Shown: positions 1 through 10,896, numbered from the stretch's first letter. The stretch is 64,000 bases of DNA from an uncultured Clostridiaceae bacterium (GCA_964653805.1 CAZZFS010000001.1:74911-138910); one strand, 5' to 3'. Made by a program: numbers and translations. The notes: generated by a model not told the origin, from the sequence alone.

Positions 1-351
1 AATTATGATCTTCATACACCAGCTGCTGTTTCAAATGCTTATGATAATTATGGTATAACAACAACTACTACTGGAGGAGCTAGATTACCATACTATGGGG
101 TTAAAGATCTTATAACTGAAGCAAATAATGTTTTATTAACTGCTGCAGATGATGTAACTTATTTTTCACAAGTAACACCAGCAATAGCTACAGTTTCAGG
201 ATTTGCTACAAATCAATCATTATTAACATTAACAGCAGGTATTACAAAAGTAAGAGTATATATGTATGTTGAAGGTCAAGATGTTGACTGTGAAAACAAT
301 GCTTCTGGATCAGATATAACATTTGATTTACAAGTAACTACAAATACATAA
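1..351 (+). CDS. 3' end (116 codons) of a CDS cut by the window edge. Thr/Ala/Gly/Val-rich, nearly uncharged tail ending ...ITKVRVYMYVEGQDVDCENNASGSDITFDLQVTTNT. Probably a secreted or structural protein; family not recognised
   Basis: Frame 1 is open from base 1 to TAA at 349-351. Composition resembles surface or fibre proteins. A strong hairpin terminator follows. Absent from the ORF track because its start lies outside the window. Confidence 0.55.
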   Translation, partial: NYDLHTPAAVSNAYDNYGITTTTTGGARLPYYGVKDLITEANNVLLTAADDVTYFSQVTPAIATVSGFATNQSLLTLTAGITKVRVYMYVEGQDVDCENNASGSDITFDLQVTTNT

Positions 352-382
352 TATTGAAAAAATATATTAATTAGAAATTTAA

Positions 383-412
383 AAGAAGCAATTTGAATTG
401 CTTCTTTTTTCT
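383..412 (+). terminator. Rho-independent terminator
   Basis: 11-bp stem aagaagcaatt / aattgcttctt with loop tga, followed by a T-run. Confidence 0.7.
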
Positions 413-557
413 TTTGTGTTTTAAATATATTTATATAATATAATTACTAGTAAAAATTTCAAAAAAATGCAACAAATTTCTCTTAAATAATGTTATTAAT
501 TATTGTTATATGATATAATATTGCAATAGTTATAATGAGTATTAAGAGGTAAATATT

Positions 558-677
558 ATGGATAAAAAATTAAGTAATCAAGAATTAATAGATTTATATA
601 AAAAAAATCAAGAATTTATAAATTACATAGAAAAAGAAATGAAAGAAATTGAAAAATTGAGGGATAGTAATGAATAA
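558..677 (+). CDS. 39-aa acidic/basic helical miniprotein (MDKKLSNQELIDLYKKNQEFINYIEKEMKEIEKLRDSNE)
   Basis: AAGAGG Shine-Dalgarno at 544-549, 8 nt before the ATG. Its stop overlaps the ATG of the next gene (ATGAATAA at 670-677), suggesting translational coupling. Below the ORF-track size cut-off. Confidence 0.35.
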   Translation: MDKKLSNQELIDLYKKNQEFINYIEKEMKEIEKLRDSNE

Positions 678-2220
678 ATTTGAAGAAGAAATTGAAAAAA
701 TAAAAGTAGAAAAAGAAATATTAGAAGTTTTACCTAGAAATAATATAAGGAATATAAAAAAAACATATGAAAAATATGAAGAAATACATAACGAATTTTT
801 AGAAAAAAGAGAAAATATTATAAAAGAAATTGAAAAAAGATTTTATAAAGAAAAAAATGTAGAAAAAAATAATGATATACAAAAATTAGAGTTAAAAATA
901 AATAAAATCGAAGAAAAATTAATTTTTTTAAATAATATTACAACTTCATATGAAAAAATAGGTATAAGTGAAAATATTCATAATTTAAAATATTTTTATA
1001 TGAAAGATTTAAATCTTGTAAATCAAAATATTTTAGAATGTATAGAAAAATTTAAAAAAATAGGTATTGTATTAACAGCAGAAGATTTTACATATAATAA
1101 ATATGTAAATGACTATTTAAAAGTTTTTTTTGAAAATATAAAAGATTTAACATCTTCGAATATAAAAGAAGTTTTTGAAAAAGTATATTGGAAATGTCCT
1201 GAAATAATAACATATATTGAATTAAATATAAGATATTTGTTTTTTAAAAATGAAAAGAAAATAGAAAAAATTTATGAAGAACAAAATCAAAAAAATATAA
1301 AAGATAAAAACAATATTTTAGAAGAATATAATGTTTTAAAATATGAGTTAAGAGAAAAAAGAATTTTAGACCAAACTGTTATTATAGAAGCTTTTTTAAG
1401 TGGGGAATTAAATTCTAAAGATTATACAAAAGAAAAACTATTAATGGATCTTTCTAAGTTTATATCAAAAGATATATTAGATGAATTAAATGAAACACAA
1501 ATAGAAGATTTAGTTTTAGAAATGATTAAATTTCAGGAAACATTAAAAGAATATAAAATATACAGTAAATATAAATTTATTATTGATAATGTGCATGATG
1601 TTTATAAAAAGAAAGAACATAATAAAAAAATATATGAAAAATTAAAAAAAGAAATAAGTAAAAAAGAAATAAAAGTTTTAAAATTAAATAAAAAAGGTTT
1701 ATTTAAAAAATCAGAAGAAAAAAAATTAACCAAACAAACAGCAATAGTTTTAGAAATTAAAGATTTATATGATAAATTAGACAAGTATAAAGTTTATTAT
1801 AAAATTGAAACGAAAATTAATGATAACTCAACATTATTTGATCTTTTATATTTAGGTAGTTCATTTTATGATTATATGTTTGATTGTATTAGTGAATTTA
1901 ATAAAGAAATTTTAGAAGATGAAATAAAATTAATGATAGAAGAGTTGATTTTTGCTATTAAAGATATTAATTATAATATTATAAATAATATTACAATCAA
2001 CGAAAATAAAAACATTATTCATATTATAAAAGATAAATATCAATTATCTAATATAACAATAAGTAAAGAAGAATTAGATGAAGCTAATACAGATAACTTA
2101 GATAATTTAATAATTTCTTTAAAAAAATATGAATGTTATTATAATGTAATAAAAAATAAAATAGATTCAAAAGAAATAAATGAGTTATATGAGTTTAATA
2201 AAATAATAAATAATAAATAA
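670..2220 (+). CDS. 516-aa Lys/Glu/Ile/Asn-rich protein, predicted coiled coil, no TM segment or signal peptide; function unknown
   Basis: Long ORF on the same strand as the downstream giant gene, 30-42 nt upstream of it. Heptad-like charged repeats. No motif I recognise. Confidence 0.7.
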   Translation: MNKFEEEIEKIKVEKEILEVLPRNNIRNIKKTYEKYEEIHNEFLEKRENIIKEIEKRFYKEKNVEKNNDIQKLELKINKIEEKLIFLNNITTSYEKIGISENIHNLKYFYMKDLNLVNQNILECIEKFKKIGIVLTAEDFTYNKYVNDYLKVFFENIKDLTSSNIKEVFEKVYWKCPEIITYIELNIRYLFFKNEKKIEKIYEEQNQKNIKDKNNILEEYNVLKYELREKRILDQTVIIEAFLSGELNSKDYTKEKLLMDLSKFISKDILDELNETQIEDLVLEMIKFQETLKEYKIYSKYKFIIDNVHDVYKKKEHNKKIYEKLKKEISKKEIKVLKLNKKGLFKKSEEKKLTKQTAIVLEIKDLYDKLDKYKVYYKIETKINDNSTLFDLLYLGSSFYDYMFDCISEFNKEILEDEIKLMIEELIFAIKDINYNIINNITINENKNIIHIIKDKYQLSNITISKEELDEANTDNLDNLIISLKKYECYYNVIKNKIDSKEINELYEFNKIINNK

Positions 2221-2250
2221 TAAATTTTTAAAACAAAGTTTGGGTATATA

Positions 2251-5200
2251 ATGAGGAAAGATATGAAAAAAAATAATTTAAGAAAGTATTTGATTTTAAC
2301 CATATTAGTATTAATAATTATTGTTGAAATTATAACATGGGGGAATTCTAAAGCAGAAAATGTTATACAAATACAAGCGAGTGTTTCTGATAATAATAAT
2401 TTACTACAAACACAAACGGCTACGTTATCTGCAACTGATGGTGGAGCTAGTGGTTATTATATTAATTTGCCTAGAGTTTTAAATACAAAGATTATATCTA
2501 AATATTATATAGAAGAAAGAACAATTGATCCACAAACACAAGAAGAAATAATTACATATGTTGAAAAAAATTATGGTGATGTAATATATTTAACTAGTGA
2601 TCAAACAACAAATCTTTCAATGAGTTTTAAAGTAGCATATGACACAAAAGTAGTTAATACAACAACTTTATATAAAAAAGTGTTAGAACATTCAATAGAT
2701 GAATCAAATAGTATAAAACTTGAAGGATATATGCCAGAAGCAGCAATTGCAAATGTAAGTGCTATTAACAATATTGTTGCAGATGAAATTATTAATGCAT
2801 ATCCAGGTATTTTAAAATCTGCTTATGATTTAAAAATAACAAATAACGGAACACCTTATTTGTGTGCAGACTATAGTGAAACAATAAAAATAATATATAA
2901 CAATATTGCTAATGATGTTACTTATCAATTGATATCTTTAGATGATAGTAGTAATGCGCAAAGTACAAGAGAAGATTTAACTTCTGCTTGTACAATAAAT
3001 GTACCTGAATTATCAGTTAATGTATCAATATTAAAATCATATTTTTTAATTGATAAAACGCCAGGTCAAAGTACAGCAGTTGAAACACTTCCTGCTACGG
3101 ATGTAATTAATATAACAAATGTTTTACAAGCTGGTGGGAAATGGGATGGAACAACATCTCCAGCTTTTGCTTATGGAACAGGAACTAGTATAGATCCATA
3201 TTTAATTGCGACAGGTTCTGATTTAGCATATTTAGCTTCTCAAGTAAACGCTGGGCAAACTTATGAGGGTGTATATTTTAATTTGGTAAATGATATAGAT
3301 TTGGACAATAGAGCGTGGTCTCCAATAGGTAATTACGATAATTCTTTTAGAGGTGTTTTTGATGGTGCAGGACATTCTATAAAAAACTGTACAATTACAA
3401 CTAGTAGTACTTTTCCAACGGATACGATGTATACATATGGTATATTTGGTTCTATTGGTGGAGGAACAGGTACTAGAACAGAAGTTAAAAATACACAATT
3501 TGATAATATAGATATTTCAATTACATCAACAGGTACTATGACAGGAACAGTTCAAAGAGGATATAGTATTGGATTTGTTACAGGAACTATGTTTAAAAAT
3601 TCTACTGTTTCTAATGTTGTTGTTAAAGGTTCAACAGTAAATGCAAATAATAATATTAGTATTAGAAGTAATTATCAAAGAGTGTTAGTAGGTGGGATTG
3701 CTGGTGAAACCTTAGGTGATGCTACAATGTCTACAGCTCCTAGTGATCCGGGTTCTTCGCTTTGGTATTCTATAGATAATTGTTATGTTAAAGCTGATTT
3801 TACCTTAGCAAGAATAACAACAAGTAGTAGAACATATGCAGCTCAATATAGTATTGGTGGAATAATAGGTAGAATAAGAACTCAAGGAGTATGGCCTACA
3901 AACTGTTTATATGAAGGGAATATAAATGCATATGGTTTTATAGGACCTTTATTTGGTACATTACTAACTTCTTCTTCTTATGGTACAGCTCAGTATGATG
4001 GTATGTGGAATGGTAATAATTATGGTAATTTAACATCAAACAGTTATTATACTAATTATAATGCAAATAGTAGAAATTTCACATCAAGTGTTACAAGTGG
4101 AACAGCAGGATATAATACTAATTATAGATATAGTTCAAATTCTACTAATATTGGTTACGTACAAGGTGTAAATAAAGGAACGTATATAAGTGATACAGGC
4201 TCTTTACTTGCTGGTTTTAATACTAGAGCTGGAGGAACAGTTTTATGGAATTATGAAAATGGAGAGTTTTCTTTGGTTCCTAGAATAACAGCTGCAATAG
4301 ATGAGCCAACAAATTTTAATTATAAAATATATATAGCAGATAGTTATGATACAGGAACATATACATATAAATGGTATATAGATGGTGTTTTTAATTCAAG
4401 CATAACAGGAAGTACAGCTGCGATATATAATACTTCACTTACAACTGATAAAAATGTTGTGGTTTTAATATCAGATGGTACATATAATACTATTGTAAAA
4501 TTCACAGTACCAAAAATAACTATAAATATAGCTTTTAATATTGATAGGACAAATAATATTGCAACAGCAAGTTTTACTGGAACAGGTGCTAGATATGCTG
4601 TAGATTCAGATTATACCTTTGAATGGTATAAAGAAGATATTACTGGTTTAGATAGTGGTAAAATAGATGGGGCTACAACAAAAGTCTTAACAGGAATATC
4701 ACCTGATTATGATTATAGATTAGTAGCTACAAACAATAAAAATTCACAGTTATCCACTGAAGGTAGATTTTCATATTATGATAGAACAGTAATATATGTT
4801 GATTATACTTGGGGATATGATACAAATGATGGCTTAAGTGAAGATACACCAGTTAAAACTATGAAAAAAGCATATGAAAAATTAGATATAAATGGTAACG
4901 TACATTCAAATATAATAGTAGTTATGAGAGATTATATGACAAATGATTATTTATATACAACATCTTCTACATATGCAACAGTACAAGCTAATTTTTCAAA
5001 AAAAGCAACTGTTACAGGATTATACAAATCAACAAATTATAATACAGCTTGGTATTTAGGAATAGCAGATGTAAATAATACAGGTAATTTGTTATTTGAT
5101 GATACTAGGTTTATGTATTTAAAAATGTATGGTAGTACGAGTTCAACAGGTCAAGGAGCTTCATATATTTATACACAAGGTCATAATTTAACAATGGGTG

Positions 5201-8200
5201 AAGGTATTGTTATGCAAAGATATGCTGTATCTAGTACAGGTTATGCACTTGCAAGTGGTAATGCGCCAGATTTTCATTTGGTTTGTGGTTTTTTAAATTA
5301 TAACTGGAGTAGTATACCAGAAGCAAATAATAACGGTACAGTTACAATAAATAGCGGTACATACTCAAGAATTTTAAGTGGTTCTAGAAATAGTGTTCTA
5401 AATTCAACATCTCATAATATAACAGGATCACTTGCTAATCCATATAAGATAAAACTTGTAATAGATATAAAAAATTCAACTACAAATACAGCGTCTTATC
5501 CAAATGATATAAATTCTATATTTGGAGGGCAAACAGATGGTAATATATATAATGATTATGAACTTACTGTAAATAATGGTGAAATAGGAAGAGTTGTTGG
5601 AGGAAGTATAGGATATAACAGAACAATAACAGGATATCCATGTAATTCATATTTTGGAAAAAGCAAACTTAATGTAAATGGTGGAACTATAAATGAGTTA
5701 TATGGTGGTTCTTTAGGAAGAAATAAAAGTGATGTATATTATTATGGTGAAATCGAAATAAACATAAATGGTGGAACTATATATAGTAATATATATGGAG
5801 CGGGAGCTGGTGGTGTTACTGGATATGATGCTACATCAACAGATCCATACAAATCATATGGTCAAAGTATAGCAACTAAATCTACAGTTAATGTAAATGG
5901 CGGAACAATTAATGGTAATATATATGGAGCTGGGTATGGATATTCACCATATTTAGATAGTACAAGTATTGCAACAGATGGAGGAGCTTTATATGGTAAT
6001 TCATTTGTAAATATAAATGGTGGTACAGTAACAGGTAATATATATGGAGCAGGTAGAGGTTATTCTGGATATTCTGGAAAAACAACTCTTGCTAGAATGA
6101 AAGGTAATACAAGCATTAATATTAAAAATACACCTGTAATAAGTGGAAGTATATATGGAGCAGGTGAAGGTGTATCAGGATATGCAGAAACAGCAAAACT
6201 TACAGGTAATTCGAATATTATTAATGAATCAAATTTTTCAAACAATATCTATGCAGGTGGTAATATATCAAGTAGTGTTGGGGATACAAATATAGATATA
6301 AATAATGGTAATTTAACAGGAGAAATATATGGTGGAGGAAATTTAGGATCAGTTACTGGTAATACAAATATTAATTTAAATGCTGGAACTATTAATGCCG
6401 TATATGGTGGAGGAAAATCTGCTGGAATAACAAATTCAAATATAGCTTTAAAAGGTTCAACTGTTACAACTATTTATGGTGGTTCAAATGTTACAGGAAA
6501 TGTAACAAGTAGTAATTTATTATTAACAAGTGGAACAGTAAGTACTGTATATGGTGGAAATAATTTAGGTGGAACAACAACAACAACAAACATTAATTTA
6601 AATGGAGCAACCATTACAAGTGATTTATATGGCGGAGGAAACCAAGCAAATTGTTCAACATCTAATTTAAATTTAGAAAATTCACCAAATTTAGTGCCTA
6701 ATGTATATGGCGGAGGAAATAGAGCTGGTGTTACTAATACGATATTAAATTGTAAAGGCGTAAATATAACAAAATTATTTGGTGGTTCAAATACTACAGG
6801 TAATGTATTAAATAGTTTATTAAATATATATAATGGAACAATAGGTGACATATATGGTGGAAATAATTTAGGTGGAACAACAACTAATACAAATATAAAT
6901 GTTATTGGTGGAAATATAACAAATATATATGGTGGTGGTGAACAAGTAGCTAGTACAACATCAAATATAAAAGTTGCATCTGGAAATATAACTAACATAT
7001 ATGGTGGTGGAAATCAAGCAGGAATAAATACGTCTAATTTAGATATAATTGGTGGACAAGTAGGAAGTTTATTTGGTGGTGCTAATGTCAGTGGTGATGT
7101 TAATCAAACAAATGTAAAAACAAAAGATACTGTTAAAATAAATACAACATCGGCTAGTACAACAGATGACGGTTTAATTATAAATACCACATGTTCTGCT
7201 GCTAGTACAACATGGCAAAGCTCAACATATCCAACTATTGCTACTATTAATGTAACTATTTCAAATCTAACTGCAAGTAATATTGATACGTGGAATGGTA
7301 AAATAATTGCTAAAGATTCAGTAATGTATAATAATTATAGTTCAACAAATATTACTGAAAATAATGGAGAATTTTCATTTAATCAAGTAAATAAATATTA
7401 TGGAATAAATTCTATACCAAGTAATGGGAATTATTCATTTAGCTTTGAAGTTCTTTCAATGCAATCAGTTGAAAGTTTTAATGTAGATAAATTTATAAAT
7501 GATTTTATGGTTATAAACAACAAGCAATTAAATATACAAAATGTATATGGTGGAAATAATTTAGGTGGAACAACAGGGAATTCATTAGTTGATTTAAAAT
7601 ATGGAACTGTTAATACTGTATATGGCGGAGGAAATCAAGCTATAACAACAACAACTAATTTGAATGTATCAAATAATATAACTGGTTGTGTATATGGTGG
7701 AGGTAATCAAGCAAATGTTAATGTTACAAATTTAAATTTAACTAATGCGAGTGTTTTAGATAATGTATATGGTGGAGGAAATGAAGGTTCTGTAACTACA
7801 AACACAAATGTACATGTGAAAAATTCTACTTTAAGTAATAGTTTATATGCTGGTGGAAATGGAACATATGCAACTGTTCATGGAAATACTAATTTAATAA
7901 TGGATGGTACATCAAATTCAGTAACAAATAATGTTTTTGGTGGAGGAAATAAAGCTGAAACAGGAGAAGATGCTTTAAGAAATTCAATATGTACTGTAAA
8001 TATAGCTGGAGCGACTATAGGTAAAAATGTATATGGAGGAGCTAACACATCAGTTGTTTATGGTACAACACAAACAAATATTGGTTATGACGCTGTAAAT
8101 AATAATACTTTAGAAAAAGGTAATGTTAAAATAACTGGAACTGTATTTGGTGGTGGTGAAGCAAACGAAGCGGGTTCTGAAATTTATGACTTTTCATTTA

Positions 8201-10884
8201 TTAGTGTTACAAATGGAATAAATATAAATATAAATGGAAATTCACATACAGAATTTTATATAAGAGGTAGTATTTTTGGTTCGGGTAATGCATCAAGTAC
8301 AAGTGGAACAAGTCATATTAATATAAAAAATTATGGCAATATAGATTTACCTCAAAAAAATGTATCTATTCAAAGAGCAACAGAAGTAGTTTTAGATAAC
8401 TCAGCTATTGTTTTAAGTGGAGCTAAAGATAGAACAAATGAATATTCTAATGTTAATTTTTCAATAAGTAGAGTAAAAGCACTAAAATTAAAAAACAATT
8501 CAACGTTATATTTAAATTGTGGTGTAAATTTATTAGAAAATTTACATAGTTTGGTTGATATAGGTGAAACAGAAACATTAGGTGCTGCAACAATAAATCC
8601 AGATACAGGAGATACTGTTAAAAATGTAGATAATAGAGTGTATATGTATGAAGGAAAAGTATTAAATATAGCAACTAATGAACAAGTTACAGCATACGGT
8701 AAAGTTTATGGAATGACATTTTTAGGAATGTATACTAATACTACAAATCCAAGTACAAGTACAGGTTTATATAATCATACTTTTGAAAATGGCGAAGAAA
8801 TCACTAACATGGGAACATTTTCATCAAACTCTTATGTACTTGCAGAACATAAAGCAAATCATGATACAAGTATAGATGGTTTTTATACAAATATAAATAA
8901 TGAAGGATATGCAAAAACAAAATATATTGATGTTGCACCACAAGATGATTTATATTATATTTGGTCTGTTGGTGAAGCTTTAGATGTTACAAATTTTGAT
9001 TTAACACTTACAGCTTCAAAATATGCAACACTTGGTACATATGAATTATCATTAACTGGTTTTTCAAATCCTAATACAAAATTTTTAATATCAGGTTTTT
9101 CATCTGGTCTTAATGATAATATATCATTAGTTGATAAATCACAAATTGATGCAATAGATGAAACTAATCAATTAGCTGATAAAGAATTTGGACTTAGTAT
9201 GAAAAGTGGAAAAAATGGATGGTCAACTAATAGTGAAACTAATTTTTATGCAGATGGTGGAGCAACTTATAGTGGTAGTGGACAATATTTAAGTGATAAC
9301 TCTACACATACACCAACATTATCGTTTTGCTTTTATCATGCACAGAACTTAACATTAGAACAGGCTTTAGGTAATGTTAAAATAAGGTTGCAGGTGTTGA
9401 CACCAATAGATGATTTGACATATGGAATCTCATATATAGATATAAATATAAATTTACTTACTGCTTTATTCCAAGATGATTATTATGAAGCAGCTATTAC
9501 ACCAGGTGAAGAATTTGGATTGTTTAATACAACTGAAACGTCTATAACAAACAAGAGTAAATTTTCAACATATTACTCGTTATTTATACCTGATTTTAGT
9601 ACAAGTAAATATTTTTCAAATTTTGCTAATGATGAAAGAGTAATTGTATCTAGAACCTCCGATAATCAGAATTTGGTATATAAAGAAAATACTAAGATAA
9701 CAATGATAGATCTAGTTACAAATATGACATATTATTATAATGTGACAGCTCAAGATGAGCAAAGTGGAAAAAATTCATACAAAATATCAGAGTTTAAAAA
9801 AATGGGTAGTACAAATGAATATTATGATAAAACATATGCAAATAGTATGTATTATGATACAGCACAAAATATTGAATATGAAAGTTTTGTATTTCAAGTA
9901 GATTTTAGTCAATCTAATCAAAATACCGAAATATCAAATTCAACATTATTTATTGAATTACAAGATCAAGGTAATCAAACTTTAATTGGTGTTTTAGGTA
10001 TACAAAGAGATTCATGTAAATATAGTGTATATCCAAATAAAGATTCTGTAATAGATGTAAATGCAACTCTTAGTACAAATACAGTATATTTAGGACAAAT
10101 ATTTAATTTAGATGTTGCAACAGATTATAAACAGCAAGTTATAAATTCAAAAATAGTTTATGATACAAAATATTTCCAACAACAAATGGGTATTAAAATA
10201 ACTTGTTTTGATAGTAATTTAAATCAATTAAATGCAGATAGTTTATTAGGTGTTAAGTTTATTTTAGATGGTAAAACCTATTATCCAAGAATTGATGGTA
10301 CAGTTAGAATAAATATTGCTGAAAGAGTATCAAATGTAATATCAAAAATAAAATTTGATACAACAAAAAACACTACACTTGCAACAGGTAAATATACAAT
10401 AAAAGTAGAAAGTTTTGGTTCGCCAGATGGTGTATATTATGGACTTACATCTTCTGATTTTGTTACAAAAGATATTAACATTATAAATGGAGCATATGGA
10501 TTAAAAGTTTGGTTTGATGATAAAACAAAAATTGTTGATAAAGAAACAGGTAATACTTTGTATGGAAATAATACTTTATTAACAAATATAAATTATAGTT
10601 CAGCAATTGCAAATCCTACTATAACAGTTTCTTTGGAAAGAAGAGATTATAGCGCAATATATTCTTTAAATTATAATAAACTTGATTTAAAAGAATATAT
10701 GACAAATACATTAACAGAATTTAAAACAAATGAATATATTGTTTCAACTTCTCCACAAGCAAGTTCTACATTTTTCTTAAATGTAAAACCTCAAATTAAA
10801 ACAGGTACATATAAAGTGTTATACAAAGTTTATGATGGTACAACATATATAGGAGAAGCTTCGGAATATTTTATAGTGAAATAA
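2251..10884 (+). CDS. Giant (2,877 aa) secreted beta-helix / adhesin-like protein. It has an N-terminal signal or anchor, a 'DPYLI...DIDL...W.PIG..F.G.FDG.GH.I' beta-helix cap module, Ig-like modules, about 28 [YF]GGGN-type coils, and a C-terminal region of about 850 aa with no repeats
   Basis: Uninterrupted 8.6-kb ORF. The likely true start is ATG 2263 (MKKNN), with AGGAAAG 5 nt upstream. Hydrophobic segment YLILTILVLIIIVEIITWG, then SKA/EN. The cap motif lies at about nt 3163-3391. Repeats span nt 5518-8300. No C-terminal LPXTG. Confidence 0.9.
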   Translation: MRKDMKKNNLRKYLILTILVLIIIVEIITWGNSKAENVIQIQASVSDNNNLLQTQTATLSATDGGASGYYINLPRVLNTKIISKYYIEERTIDPQTQEEIITYVEKNYGDVIYLTSDQTTNLSMSFKVAYDTKVVNTTTLYKKVLEHSIDESNSIKLEGYMPEAAIANVSAINNIVADEIINAYPGILKSAYDLKITNNGTPYLCADYSETIKIIYNNIANDVTYQLISLDDSSNAQSTREDLTSACTINVPELSVNVSILKSYFLIDKTPGQSTAVETLPATDVINITNVLQAGGKWDGTTSPAFAYGTGTSIDPYLIATGSDLAYLASQVNAGQTYEGVYFNLVNDIDLDNRAWSPIGNYDNSFRGVFDGAGHSIKNCTITTSSTFPTDTMYTYGIFGSIGGGTGTRTEVKNTQFDNIDISITSTGTMTGTVQRGYSIGFVTGTMFKNSTVSNVVVKGSTVNANNNISIRSNYQRVLVGGIAGETLGDATMSTAPSDPGSSLWYSIDNCYVKADFTLARITTSSRTYAAQYSIGGIIGRIRTQGVWPTNCLYEGNINAYGFIGPLFGTLLTSSSYGTAQYDGMWNGNNYGNLTSNSYYTNYNANSRNFTSSVTSGTAGYNTNYRYSSNSTNIGYVQGVNKGTYISDTGSLLAGFNTRAGGTVLWNYENGEFSLVPRITAAIDEPTNFNYKIYIADSYDTGTYTYKWYIDGVFNSSITGSTAAIYNTSLTTDKNVVVLISDGTYNTIVKFTVPKITINIAFNIDRTNNIATASFTGTGARYAVDSDYTFEWYKEDITGLDSGKIDGATTKVLTGISPDYDYRLVATNNKNSQLSTEGRFSYYDRTVIYVDYTWGYDTNDGLSEDTPVKTMKKAYEKLDINGNVHSNIIVVMRDYMTNDYLYTTSSTYATVQANFSKKATVTGLYKSTNYNTAWYLGIADVNNTGNLLFDDTRFMYLKMYGSTSSTGQGASYIYTQGHNLTMGEGIVMQRYAVSSTGYALASGNAPDFHLVCGFLNYNWSSIPEANNNGTVTINSGTYSRILSGSRNSVLNSTSHNITGSLANPYKIKLVIDIKNSTTNTASYPNDINSIFGGQTDGNIYNDYELTVNNGEIGRVVGGSIGYNRTITGYPCNSYFGKSKLNVNGGTINELYGGSLGRNKSDVYYYGEIEININGGTIYSNIYGAGAGGVTGYDATSTDPYKSYGQSIATKSTVNVNGGTINGNIYGAGYGYSPYLDSTSIATDGGALYGNSFVNINGGTVTGNIYGAGRGYSGYSGKTTLARMKGNTSINIKNTPVISGSIYGAGEGVSGYAETAKLTGNSNIINESNFSNNIYAGGNISSSVGDTNIDINNGNLTGEIYGGGNLGSVTGNTNINLNAGTINAVYGGGKSAGITNSNIALKGSTVTTIYGGSNVTGNVTSSNLLLTSGTVSTVYGGNNLGGTTTTTNINLNGATITSDLYGGGNQANCSTSNLNLENSPNLVPNVYGGGNRAGVTNTILNCKGVNITKLFGGSNTTGNVLNSLLNIYNGTIGDIYGGNNLGGTTTNTNINVIGGNITNIYGGGEQVASTTSNIKVASGNITNIYGGGNQAGINTSNLDIIGGQVGSLFGGANVSGDVNQTNVKTKDTVKINTTSASTTDDGLIINTTCSAASTTWQSSTYPTIATINVTISNLTASNIDTWNGKIIAKDSVMYNNYSSTNITENNGEFSFNQVNKYYGINSIPSNGNYSFSFEVLSMQSVESFNVDKFINDFMVINNKQLNIQNVYGGNNLGGTTGNSLVDLKYGTVNTVYGGGNQAITTTTNLNVSNNITGCVYGGGNQANVNVTNLNLTNASVLDNVYGGGNEGSVTTNTNVHVKNSTLSNSLYAGGNGTYATVHGNTNLIMDGTSNSVTNNVFGGGNKAETGEDALRNSICTVNIAGATIGKNVYGGANTSVVYGTTQTNIGYDAVNNNTLEKGNVKITGTVFGGGEANEAGSEIYDFSFISVTNGINININGNSHTEFYIRGSIFGSGNASSTSGTSHINIKNYGNIDLPQKNVSIQRATEVVLDNSAIVLSGAKDRTNEYSNVNFSISRVKALKLKNNSTLYLNCGVNLLENLHSLVDIGETETLGAATINPDTGDTVKNVDNRVYMYEGKVLNIATNEQVTAYGKVYGMTFLGMYTNTTNPSTSTGLYNHTFENGEEITNMGTFSSNSYVLAEHKANHDTSIDGFYTNINNEGYAKTKYIDVAPQDDLYYIWSVGEALDVTNFDLTLTASKYATLGTYELSLTGFSNPNTKFLISGFSSGLNDNISLVDKSQIDAIDETNQLADKEFGLSMKSGKNGWSTNSETNFYADGGATYSGSGQYLSDNSTHTPTLSFCFYHAQNLTLEQALGNVKIRLQVLTPIDDLTYGISYIDININLLTALFQDDYYEAAITPGEEFGLFNTTETSITNKSKFSTYYSLFIPDFSTSKYFSNFANDERVIVSRTSDNQNLVYKENTKITMIDLVTNMTYYYNVTAQDEQSGKNSYKISEFKKMGSTNEYYDKTYANSMYYDTAQNIEYESFVFQVDFSQSNQNTEISNSTLFIELQDQGNQTLIGVLGIQRDSCKYSVYPNKDSVIDVNATLSTNTVYLGQIFNLDVATDYKQQVINSKIVYDTKYFQQQMGIKITCFDSNLNQLNADSLLGVKFILDGKTYYPRIDGTVRINIAERVSNVISKIKFDTTKNTTLATGKYTIKVESFGSPDGVYYGLTSSDFVTKDINIINGAYGLKVWFDDKTKIVDKETGNTLYGNNTLLTNINYSSAIANPTITVSLERRDYSAIYSLNYNKLDLKEYMTNTLTEFKTNEYIVSTSPQASSTFFLNVKPQIKTGTYKVLYKVYDGTTYIGEASEYFIVK
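5518..8300 (+). repeat. Intragenic coil repeats of about 25 aa, consensus x[IVL][YF]GG[GSNA]N..G....[ST]N[IL]N. Block A is 5518-7110, an insert of about 140 aa follows at 7111-7530, and block B is 7531-8300
   Basis: I counted about 28 [YF]G[GA][GSN] motifs by eye. The 30-nt string tatggtggaaataatttaggtggaacaaca recurs in frame at 6550, 6853 and 7546. Confidence 0.85.
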
Positions 10885-10896
10885 AAAAGGTGTAAA

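Noticed and set aside
6474-6998. 174-aa minus-strand ORF rich in PPPY/FPPY, plus the smaller minus-strand ORFs at 3232-3498 and 6060-6245.
   Set aside because: These are antisense shadows of the YGGGN coil repeats in the giant gene. The GGN GGN codons read as NCC NCC on the other strand. There is no Shine-Dalgarno sequence, and they are fully contained within a much better-supported CDS.
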